DNA of 37,122 bases, taken from positions 9,340,423 through 9,377,544 of the forward strand of contig NC_057757.1 of the NCBI RefSeq assembly GCF_004010195.1, in the 5' to 3' direction. Below are positions 23,301 to 35,300 of the stretch, one piece after another. The notes under the pieces were generated by a model, which ran no database searches, was not told the origin of the DNA, and worked only from the letters and a program-made list of their open reading frames with translations. A program made the translations under genes and the position numbers. Position 1 is the stretch's first letter. Each line of letters begins with the position of its first letter. This DNA is from Chiloscyllium plagiosum (lineage: Eukaryota).

Positions 23301-26300
23301 AATCCCATTTTCCCCTCAACCTGCAGAGCCTCCCAATTTCCCAGACTAACATCCTTACCCTTCCATCGAAGTCCCAGCAGGCTCTTGTCCAGCCCAGTAT
23401 TGGCAACCTCCTCCCTCCCTCTCTCTGTCAACTCTGGCCTTGTGGCTGTCCCCCTCCCTCCCACCCTGATTCCCACTGCTCCCATTGGTGGCTGTGCCTT
23501 CAGCTGACTAGGCCCTGAGCTCTGACATTCCCTCCTGAAACCTCTGCACCTCGCTGACTGTTCAATATCATGAGCTGGACACAGTAGATAGCGAGAAGCT
23601 GTTCCCACTTGGTAAAAGAACAAGAATGGGAGGGGCAGAGATTGAAAGAGATGTGCAAACGAAACAGCGGTGATATGAGAGAAAACGTTTTCACCCAATG
23701 AGTAAAGAACAGCAGAGCCCAGGAACGGGCCTGTTGGCCCAGTCAGCCTCCCCTCTGACACATGAGGCCTTTCTAACCTTTTGCCTGGACATGGTCCTTT
23801 CCCTCTATCCCCTGCCGAATCATATATTTGTCAAGATGCCTCTGAAACATTTATTATTGTATCTGCTTCTGCTACCCCCTCTGGCACTTACCATCCTCTG
23901 TGTGAAATAAAACCTGCTCTCACATCTCCTTTAAACTTACCCCCGTTTTATCTTAAACCTACGTCCTCTCGTAACTGGCATTTCTATCCTGGGGAAAAAC
24001 ACTCCAGCTTCCCATTCTACCCATAATTTCCGTAAATTTCCATCATGTCGTCCCCCGTCCTTCGATGTTCAAGTGAGAACAGATCACATTTGTCGGGTCT
24101 CTCCCCGTAGCTAACACCCTCCAAACCAGGCAACATCCTGGCACACCGTTTCTGTACCCTCTCCAGAGACTCCACATCCTTCTGATAGTGTGGTGACCAG
24201 AACTGGACACAATATTCCAAATGTGGCTGAACAACAGCTGCGATATGAGTTACCAATTTTTAAACGCTACTCTGACTGATCAAGGCAAGCGTGCCATCTG
24301 CCTTCTCCATTTGCGTTGCCATTTTCAGGGAACTCTGGACCTGTACGCCTAGTTCCCTCTGTATGTTGATTCTACTCTGAGTTCTGCCATTGTACATCCC
24401 TCCCGCATTAGATCTCCCAAGATGCATCATTTCACATTTGTCCAGATTAAACTCCATCTGCCACTTCTCTGCCCTAGCCTCCAGCTTATTTAGATCCTGA
24501 TGAATCCTCTGGCAATCCTCCTCGCTATCTACAGCTCCCCCCAGTCTTTGTGTCATCCACAAGCTTTCTAATCAGGCCACCTACATTCCCTCCAAATCAT
24601 TGACATATATTATAGACCACAAGGGTCCCAGCACTGATCCCTGCGGAATACCGTCAGTCACAGATCGTCAATCAGAAATATTCTCTTCCACTGCAGCTAC
24701 TCTGTTTTCTATGGCTAAGCCATATCCATCTCCCCAGTGCATTGTGGATCCCATGTGACTTCACCTTCTGTGTCACCCTGACATGGAGGGCCTTGTCAAA
24801 GGGCCTGCTAACATCGACGTAGACAACATCAGCCGCCCTGCCCTCATCAACCGTCTTCCTCACTTTCTCAAAAAAACCCAACACGTTTGTGAAACACAAT
24901 CCTCCCCACACAAAGCCTGTCGCTAATAAGTCCATACTTTTCAAATGTGAGGAAAACCTATCCCTAAGAATATTCACCAATAATTTCCCTATCACTGACA
25001 GAAGATTGACTTGCCTGTAATTTCCCGGATTATCCCTGCTGTCTTTCTTAAACAGCATTGGCTATTCTCCAGGCACCTCTCCTGTGACTGAAGAGGATAC
25101 AAAGATTTCATACAGGGCCCCCAGCAAGTTCCTCACCTGCCTCCCACTGCATTCTGGGTTAGATCTCATCAGGTCTACCTTAATGCTTTTCAAAACACCC
25201 AACACCACCACTATTTTTATATTGACATATCCCAGAAAAGCAACAAAATCCTCTCTGGACTCACCGTCCATCATAAGCTCCCCCTTTTGTGACGACCGAT
25301 GCAGTGTATTTGTTAAGGATTCACCCATTTCTGGCTCCATGCTTACATTTCCTCTTTTATCCTTGAATGGACCTACCCTTTCCAGAACTACCCTCTGTCT
25401 CCTTATATATGGATAAGACACTTCGGGATTTTCCTTAATCCTGTTTGCTAAAGGCAAGTCATGGCCCCTTTTATCCCTCCAAATTCCTTGTTTGAGTCCT
25501 TTCCTGCTATCCTTGCACTTTGCGAGGGCTCTGTCTCTCTTTAGTTTGTGTATACTTCCCTTTTTCTATTGGACTCAGCTCTCAAATTCTCTTGTCATCC
25601 AAAGTTCCCAAATCTCGCCAGTCTTATCCTCCATTTTCACAGGAACATGTTGGTCCTCAACTCTAATTGACTGACCTTTAAAAGATTCCTACTTGCCAGA
25701 TGTGGGGGATTTCCCCTCAAACAGCTGCCCCAATCTACATTCCCCAGTTCTTGCCGATACTGTGTTCATTCGCCATCCCCTAATTTAATACTTTCACCCA
25801 AGGACTACTCTTATCCTTATCCATAAATAACTTAAAACTTACAGAATTATGGTCACTGTTCCCGAAATGCACCCCTACTGAGACTTCAACCACTTGGCCG
25901 GACTCATTCCCCAATCCCAGGTCTCACATGTCCCCTTCCTGAGTTGGACTATTCACATATTGTTTCAAAAAACCATCCTGGACACACCAAACAACTTAAC
26001 CCTCATCTAAGTCCTAGTCAATATACAGGAAGTTAAAATCAGAAAAACCTGTGGTTTTCACATTTTCCATAATCTAGCCACATATCTATTCCTCTATCTC
26101 CTGCTGGCTGTTGGGAAGCCTGTAGTACAATCCCTTCAAAGTGATTGCATCCTTCCTGTTCCTGAGCTCTACCCATAAGGCCTTGCTGGATGAGCCGTCC
26201 AAGATGTCCTCCCTCAGCACAGCTGTAATATTCTCCCTTATCATAATGCAACTCCCCTCTCTCTTTTATATGTCTATCACACCTAAAACATTGATATCCC

Positions 26301-29300
26301 AGAACGCTAAGCTGGCCAGTCTTGTACCTCTCTCAGCAAAGACTCTCAAAGCTACAACATCATAGTTACATGTATTAATCCAAACTCAAAGTTAATTTTC
26401 ATTACCCGTCCTACTCCTCATATGAAAACAAATACACCTCAGAGCGCCAGTCATTCAGTAACCTCTCCCTGTCTCATAGCCTTTGTCTTAGACTCCTCCT
26501 TGGTCATTTTACTTGCTGAGCCACTGCTCTGGTTCCAGCCCCCTGCCCACACTTGTTTAAACACGCCCAAGTGGCACGAGCAAGCTCCCTGTCGGAATAT
26601 CGCTGCCCCTCTAGTTTAGGTACAAACCATCCTTTTGTGTCCCACCTACTCTAGATGATCTCCCAATGGGATTTCCCCTCAAACAGCTGCCCCAATTTAC
26701 GTTCCCCAGTTCCTGCTGATATTGTGTTCATTAGCCATCCCCTAATTTAATACTTTCACCCAAGGACTACTCTTATCCTTATCCATAAATAACTTAAAAC
26801 TTACAGAATTATGGTCACTGATTCCGAAATGCGCCCCTACTGAGACTTCAACCACCTGCCCGGACTCATTCCCCAATACCAGGTCTCACATGTCCCCTTC
26901 CTGAGTTGGACTATTCACATATTGTTTCAAAAAACCATCCTGGATACACCAAACAACTTAACCCTCATTTAAGTCCCAGTCAATATACAGGAAGTTAAAA
27001 TCACCCACCAGGATAACCTGTGGTTTTCACATTTTCCATAATCTAGCCACATATCTATTCCTCTATCTCCAACTGGCTGTTGGGAAGCCTGATGTGATTA
27101 GATTAGATTCCCCACAGTGTGGAAACAGGCCCTTCGGCCCAACAAGTCCACACTTACCCTCCAAAAAGTAACCCACCCAGACCCATTTCCCTCTGACTAA
27201 TACACCTAAGCACTATGGGTAATTTCCCATTGCCAATTCACCTGACCTGCACATCTTTGGATTGTGGGAGGAAGCCAGAGCACCTGGAGACACTGGGAGA
27301 ATGTGCAAACTCCACACAGACGGTCACCCAAGGCTGGAATCGAACCTGGGAGCCTGGTGCTGTGAGGCAGCAGTGCTAACCACTGAGCCACCGTGCCATC
27401 CCAGTTGAAACTTTATTGCTGGGACAGCACAGCAGGTCAGGCAGCATCCAGGGAACAGGAGATTCGACGTTTCGGGCACAGGCCCTTCTTCCTGGGCCTG
27501 TGCCCGAAACGTCGAATCTCCTGTTCCCTGGATGCTGCCTGACCTGCTGTGCTGTCCCAGCAATAAAGTTTCAACTTTGATCTCCAGCATCTGCAGACCT
27601 TACTTTCTCCACCGTGCCATCCCATCAAAGTGATTGCATCCTTCCTGTTCCTGAGCTCTACCCATAAGGCCTTGCTGGCTGAGCCCTCCAAGATGTCCTC
27701 CTTCCGTACAGCTGTAATATTCTCCCTTATCGTGATGCAATTCCCCTCTCTCTTTTATATTGTTCTCTATCACACCTGAATGTTGGTTAGGCCACTTTTG
27801 GAATATTGCGTGCAATTCTTGTCTCCTTCCTATCGGAAAGGTGTTGTGAAACTTGAAAGGGTTCAGAAAAGATTTACAAGGATGTTGGCAGGGTTGGAGG
27901 GTTTGAGTGATTAGGAGAGGCTGAACAGGCTGGGGCTGTTTTCCCTGGAGTGTCGGAGGCTGAGGGGTGACCTTATAGAGGTTTACAAAATCATGAGGGG
28001 CATGGATAGGGTAAATAGGCAAAGTCTTTTCCCTGGGGTGGGGGGAATCCAGAACTAGAGGACATAGGCTTAGGGTGAGAGGGGAAAGATATAAAAGCTG
28101 TGCTGTACATCGCTATGACTGTCTGCACATTAATGATTTGGATACAAATGTATGTGGATTGTTCAGTAAGTTTGGAGATGACACACAAGTTGGTGGTGTG
28201 AGACGTACAGATTTAGGCTACAGATGGACACTACAATGGCAGCTGGAATTTAATCCTGCAAATAGAGTAGATTCAAATTGGAGGACTAATGAGGTAAGGG
28301 AGCACACATTCCACAGTAAAACCCCAGAAAGTACAGAGGGGCCTTGCTGGACATGACCGTAGATTTTTGAAAACAGTGGGACAGGTCGATTAAGCTGATT
28401 ACGAAGGTATCTGGGATACTTGCCTTTATTAGTCAAGGCATTGAATACAAGAGTAGGGAGCTGTACCTAACGTTAATGAGAGTACAGATGGAGCACTGTG
28501 TGCAGTTCCGGTCGCCGTATAACAGGAAGGATGTGACTGTATTGGAGACGGTGCAGAGAGGGTCACCGGGATGTTGCCTGGGATGGAACATTCCAGCGAT
28601 GGAAGAGGAACTGGGTGGGCTCAGTTAACTTCCTCCCAGCAGAGGGGGCTGAGAGGGCAACTGATAGAGGGGTATAAAATTATAACAGGCACAGATAGAA
28701 TTAGACTTTTCACAGAGGGGCCAGTTACCCGGGAATGCTGATTTAAGGTGAAGGGCAAGAGGTTTTGAGAGAATTTAAGGAGAATTTATTTTATCAGGAT
28801 GGTAGTGGGTAAGTGGAAATCTCTGAGGTATCCAAAGCATTCAGATGAGCAATTGAAACAGCATAGCGGGCAAGGTTACAGGCCAAATGTTGGGAAATGG
28901 GATTGGGGGAGATAGGCACATGTTGACTAGCATGGACACAATGGGTGGAAGGGCCTCTTCCAGGCTGCAGTGCTTAATGACTGTGTTTTCCATGGAGAAA
29001 GGAGAACAACCCCGGAACACTGAGGAACGGGAATCCTTTATCCATTTGTGGGAAGCTTGGTGAGCCCCTTTCTCACGGGTCGTGGTGACAATCCCAGAAA
29101 ATGGACCAGTTGCAGGATACTCCTGTTCCCTGTCAGTCTGGCACAGGTTCAGCCTGCTTCGGTTGATGCAGTGGACAATACGTCGGAAGGAATTGTGGGA
29201 AATGTTTGCAACCCAGACATTGTTTTCATTTTTCAGACCGTGAAGCCAAAGTACAAACCTTCCTGCTTCCCTTACCTGCTGCCGAAATCTCACACCACAG

Positions 29301-32300
29301 CCGACAATCTTCCATTCCTCATCCCGGGCTGTGTCCCAGCTAACGTTCAGGTGAGTATCTCAAACAGGAAGTGTCCTTGCAGCATATCCCCTGCTCCTAT
29401 CTGTCTATGTAACTGAGGGGCAACCCATTGTTCCTGAAGCTTCTCATTGCTCGCTCATCAGGACACCATGCAAGAGTGCCAAATTCCAAAGTACGTTCTT
29501 CCCACAGGAAGGAAGGGGGTGTGGCAGATTGATTCTGCTTGGCTGAGGTACTGCCATGGAGAAAGCAAAGGGGCACGATAGGTTCCTGGATAATTCAAAA
29601 TGGCACAAGGCCTTGGGTGTATTTCTTGCGTGTGCAGAGGATGGGCCCCTGTAGATAAGGGCCAGTGGTCCATAAGATGAACTCTGTGCTCTTTTTGTCA
29701 CTGTCCAGGAGGGTGTGGGAGATGTTGATTTCTCCACGATAATGCCAGCACCAATCAGAGTTGACTTGTCAGCCAATTAGCATTCTTTCTTCCTGTAGGA
29801 TAAATTGCTGTGATGGTTTGAAATTTGACTACAGTCAACAGCTTGAGACAACATCAGGGCAACAAGGTGTCTCAGTGGTTGGCACTGCTGCCTCACTGCA
29901 CCAGGGACCATGTTCTTGGGGGGCGCTATTTGTGTGGAGTTTGTGTGTTCTGCCCATTTCCGTCAGGTATTCCGGTTCCCTCTCTCAATTCCCACAGGAA
30001 GGTTATCAGAAATTACTGCAGGACCTTGATCAACTGCGGAAGTGGGCTGAGAAATGGCAAATGGATATAGATAAGTGTGAGGTCTTGCATTTTGGAAAGT
30101 CAAATCAAGGTAGGAGTTTCATGGTGAATGGGAGGGCCTTAAGGTGCAGGTGCAGGGTTCTCTGAAAGTGGAGTCCCAGGTAGGCAGGGCAGGGAAGTTG
30201 TATATCTCCTTCTGCCATAGAACTGACTTCAATGCCTTGAGGCTTTCCCTCATGCACTATTTCTCCAGTCACATGTAAACAGAGATATCTTATCTTACTG
30301 TTCCTACTTTCATTAGCACATAGTGATGTCAGAACTGTGATCTATAACATGACTAAGTAATGCATCAGTTGCCTGCTGACGGACCTGTGGACTGAAGGTT
30401 GAGAAATGTGTCAAAGTCTTCCTGCATTTAACCAAGAAAAGTTCAAAGTAGCTGAAACCTTGACAGCAATTCTGAAAAATGGTCCAAAGATTTGGCGAGA
30501 GGAGTGTTTAGAGTTCATTCATATTTTCCTCTGGGAGCCAAAGACTGTACTGGCATATTTCTTCAGACAGACTGAACTAAGAGACCCTACCCCCATATAT
30601 ATAACTGACATTGTAAGGAAATCCTTCATGGACCATTAAAGTGAATCAGTCCTGTTTCTTTCTGATCTTGATTTTGAAAATATTTTGGTGTGCCCATAGG
30701 AATACCCATAGCTCAAATGTATAGAGTTCCATCAATGCAACTGTACAAACAATAATGAAGCATGCAGTATTACTTTAGATAGCTCAGCCACAAGGAAGAC
30801 TTCTGAACTTTTCTTCTGAAGCAACACTAAAACACTGTATTTAAAAATTACAACTATTCAGCAGAGGAGGTGATGCATAGTGCTAATGTCACTGTATAAG
30901 AAATCCAGAGCTCAAGACAATTAGATTAGATTAGATTACTCACAGTGTAGAAACAGGCCCTTCGGCCCAACAAGTCCACACCGACCCGCCGAAGCGCACC
31001 CACCCAGACCCATTCCCCTACATTTACCGCTGCACCTAACACTACGGGCAATTTTTAGCATGGCCAATTCACCTAACCTGCACATCTTTGAACTGTGGGA
31101 GGAAACCGGAGCACCCGGAGGAAACCCACACAGACACGGGGAGAATGTGCAAACTCCACACAGTCAGTTACCTGAGGCGGGAATTGAACCCGGGTGTCTG
31201 GCACTGTGAGGCAGCAGTGCTAACCACTGTGCCACCGTGAGAAGGATAGAGTGGGCCTGTAAGGTACAAGCAGGGTAAGCTGCTCACTGAATGAAAGGAT
31301 TGAACGAGGTACTGAAGGAATATTTTGCTTCTGTCCTTCTCAAATTAGAATGGGCTAGTTGAAAACATGGCCGTTGACCAACTGAAGAGTACAGTGACAG
31401 ATGAAGAGGAGGTGCTGAAAACACTAGCAGCACTCCAAGTAGAGAGGTCGCCTGGATCAAGTGGGGTGTATCTGAGATTACTGAGAGAGTTAAAGGAACA
31501 AATTGCAGAGCAGTTGACAGATATTTTCCAGATCTGTCTGATTACAGGGTCAGTCCCGGGTACGTGGAGGATTGTAAAAGTGACACTGTTGCTTTAGAAA
31601 GGGATGAAGGATAACCCAGGAAACTATCGACCTGTCAGCTTGACATCAGTAGTGGGCAAGTTGATGGAGGCCATAATACAGGCTAAGGTAAATATGCACT
31701 GAGAGAAAAATAAGTTAATATGAGACAGTCAACATGACTTTGTCAAGGGCAAGTCACGTCTGACAAATTCAATTGAGTATTTGATGAGGTCACCCATGGA
31801 GTGTATCATTCAGAGAATCCCTGCAGTGTGGAAGCAGGCCATTCGGCCCATCCAGTCCTCAACGGCCCTCCGAACAGCATCCCATCCAGGCCCACCCCCA
31901 CCAACCAATCCCAATAACTCTGCATTTCCCACGGCTAATCCACCGAGCCCGCACGACCCTGGACACTATGGGCAATTTCCCATGACCAATTCACCCTAAC
32001 CTGCACATCTTTGGACTGTGGGAGGAAACTGGAGCACCCGGAGGAATCCCGCACAGACACGGGGAGAACGTGCAAACTCCACACAGTCAGTTGCCCGAGG
32101 CTGGAATCAAACCCAGGTCCCTGGCGCTGTGAGGCAGTAGTGCTAACCACTGAGGGTAATGCTGTGAATGTTATATATTTGGACTTTCAGAAAAGCACAT
32201 GATGCAGTTCCACGTGGCCCTGCTCATTCCTGAAGAAGGGCCTGTGCCCGAAACGTCGAATCTCCTGTTCCCTGGATGCTGCCTGACCTGCTGTGCTGTT

Positions 32301-35300
32301 CCAGCAATAAAGTTTCAACTTTGATCTCCAGCATCTGCAGACCTCACTTTCTCCACGTGACAGATTGGTTAACAAATTAGAAATGTTTGGGATTGATGGG
32401 TCCTTGGCAGCATGGATGAGAAGTTGGCAAAAGGAAGGGTAGGTGTAGATGGGCATTTCTCAGACTGGAGATGAGTTGAAAGTGATGTTCCCCAGGGATT
32501 GGTGTGGGGACCCTTGCTTTGTCTGATTTATATCAGTGATGTGGGGGAGATGGGTGTCGAGCGCAAAATCCCTAACGTGCAGATGATACTGAGCTGGGGA
32601 GAATACTGAATTGGGGGGGATGATGCTAATCGACTTCAAAGGGGCAATGACAAGTTGGTCAAACGGTGGGTTTCAATGTGGAGAAATGTGAGGTAATGCA
32701 ATTTGGCTGAAGAAACACTGAGAGACGTTACAGGTTCAATGGGACAACTCTGAGGGGAGTACAGGGATCTCGGGGTTCACGTGCATGGTTCTGTGAAGGT
32801 GGCCAGGCAAGTTGAAACAGTCGTTATAAGGCCTTGGGTTCATAAATAGAGGCATAGAGTACAAAAGCTAGGAGCTGATGCTCCATCTGTACAAATCATT
32901 GGTCAGGCCACATTTGGAGTATTGTGTTCAGTTCTGGCTAACTTTATCTGAGGAAGGATGTTCGTGCCCTGGAGAGTTCAAAAGAGATTTATTGGAATGG
33001 TACCAGGGATGAAGGATTTTCGATACAAGGAAAGGTTAGGGAGATCGGGCTTATCCTTCTTGGACAAAGTCAGAAGTCAGAGCTTAAAAATGTGTTGCTG
33101 GAAAAGCGCAGCAGGTCAGGCAGCATCAAAGAAGGGCTTATGCCCGAAACGTCGATTCTCCTGCTCCTTTGACCTGCTGCGCTTTTCCAGCAACACATTT
33201 TTAAGCTCTGATCTCCAGCATCCGCAGTCCTCACTTTCTCCAAAGTCAGATGGCGCACAACACCGTATGACGACAGCTGAATCGCACGTGAAGGGGATGA
33301 CCTCTAATCTGATTAATTGCGGCAGAGAGAGATAATTACACAAGAAAGCAGAGCAGATTCTGCAAGGACCACAGATCCTGAACCCACTCAATTTGATCCA
33401 CAACACGCAATGCTGAGAGACTGCGCTGTGCACATCTCTCGCACACTCCTCAATCATCTCCTATACCAGCTCGACAGCAGATGCCGTGACCTTGAAATCG
33501 AGTTAGAGCCGACATTTTTCGCAAAAGGGAACTCTGCCTCAGTTAATCGGTTCGTATGCCAACCCTTCGCTTGCTCGTCAGCTGTTGACGCTGCACTCAC
33601 ACCATTGGACACTTCTGATCAACAGCAGAGACTTGTTGTTCAGCCTGTCGTCACTCTGCTCACACCATTTGTACGCAGTTTTGACACTCTTTCATTACCG
33701 GGATTTATCTAGCACTGTTCCCTCCGCTGATAAATTCTGTGCCTGTGCGCTTCCCTCCACTTCACCTGACAAAGGGGCAGCGCTCCGAAAGCTTGTGATT
33801 TCAACCAAAACCAATTGGACCGTAGCCTGGTGTCATGTGACTTTTGACCTTGTCCAGCCCAGTCCAACACCCGCGCCTCGACATCATGACTTATTCTTTT
33901 TGGAACAGAGTAGATTAGGAGGTGACCTTATTGAGGTATTCAAAATTGTGAGCAATTTTGACAGGGTAAAGAATATTCCGTTTCCTCTGATTGGTGTGTC
34001 CAGAGTTGAAGCTTTTCAGCAAGAGAGCTAGGAGTGAGATGAGGAAACTTTACTTTGAGAGTTGTTAGGTTTTGGAATGCACGGCCTGGGAGAGTGGTGG
34101 AGTCAGACTCCATCGGAGGTTTCGAAAGAGAGTTGTGTGTATATTTGAAAGTGATGAAGTTAGAGGGCTGTGGAGATGGGGATGAGGAGCTCTTTCAGAA
34201 GCTGGTATGGACACGATGGGTCGAATAGCCTCCTCCTGTACTGTAAGACTCCGTGATACTAATTAGAAGATAGAGGGACAGTGTTCAAGACTGGAGGACG
34301 CCACGGGGAAGGAGAAAGGCAAAATGGAGAAACTCTCAACTTGTCCATCCTTGTTCACTGGAGCCAATGGCTCAAGGTTCTCAATGGCTCCTTCAGGCCT
34401 CTATGTAACAAGACAACGGGCCCAGGGGCAAGGCCTGGAGTTCGGGCACAGACCAGCCATGGTTTTGTTGAATGTCGGAACAGGCTAAAGGGGCTGAAAG
34501 GCCACTCCTGTTTTTCTGTTAAGGTAGCAGTGTGGAAGGTAGTTTTCAGTCGAATGAAATCCCGCGTCCAGCAATAACCAAATGCAGTTCTGAAGAAGTA
34601 CGATTCTGTGTTTTCTCTCCAGATGTGCTGCCGGGCGAGCGGAATTTCTCCAACAATTTCTGTTTCTCTTTTTTTTGACGAAACACTCTGTTTTTGTGAA
34701 ACCGATTGAAGGGCATTAGTACAAGGTACAAGGAGAATTAGTAACAGTCCAAAGATCTTTCATATCCATCAAATGAGCCCTCGATTGAACGTAGAGAGAG
34801 GGAGAAGCTGCTTCCTCTGGTGGGAATGGAAATTTCCGGAACAAGGGGGCCCAGAGTTAAAGCCTGAGCTAGCTCTTGCAGGGCTGGTGTCAGGAACGCC
34901 CACAAAAAGGGGAGCGGAAATCTGGATCTCTCTCCCTTGATCCACCTGCATCCCATCCCAATTCCTGTCTGTGGCTCAGTTGGAAACTTGGAGTCTGCTG
35001 ACAGACCGTGTCTGGAATTGGGATTAAAGCGGACAAAGTCTGGCATGATCGGAATTGCGCAGTCCAAAGGTTTGAAGGGGCAAAGGGCCTCCCTCCGTCA
35101 ATACACTCCGTATGGGATGGGGATTGCTGGCTGTGTCTACCTTCCCCGTTGATATGAGGTTTATACACAGCTCCTACCTGTGCTGTGTATCGAAGGATTC
35201 ACAATTATTTTTAGATTGTGAATGTTGGACTCCTCACAGAAAACAGTATTAAATATTGAAATTTTTGTCATGAGCACTTCCTTTTTCAGGTTCTCCGGTC

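Larger units (their letters stand above)
26668..27780 (-). repeat. Direct duplicate of CR1 segment 25706-26290, later interrupted by a SINE and a PLE
   Basis: GGGATTTCCCCTCAAACAGCTGCCCCAAT.. occurs at about 25706 and 26668. Homology resumes at about 27622, matching about 26132. Confidence 0.9.
31240..34255 (+). mobile_element. Decayed CR1 ORF2/3' end hosting nested SINE and PLE insertions
   Basis: [56 protein letters not shown], later [10 protein letters not shown] and a tail near 34230. Confidence 0.85.

Noticed and set aside
19200..26660. Active, intact LINE or Penelope ORFs
   Set aside because: All RT, APE and GIY-YIG remnants carry stops, frameshifts or truncations.
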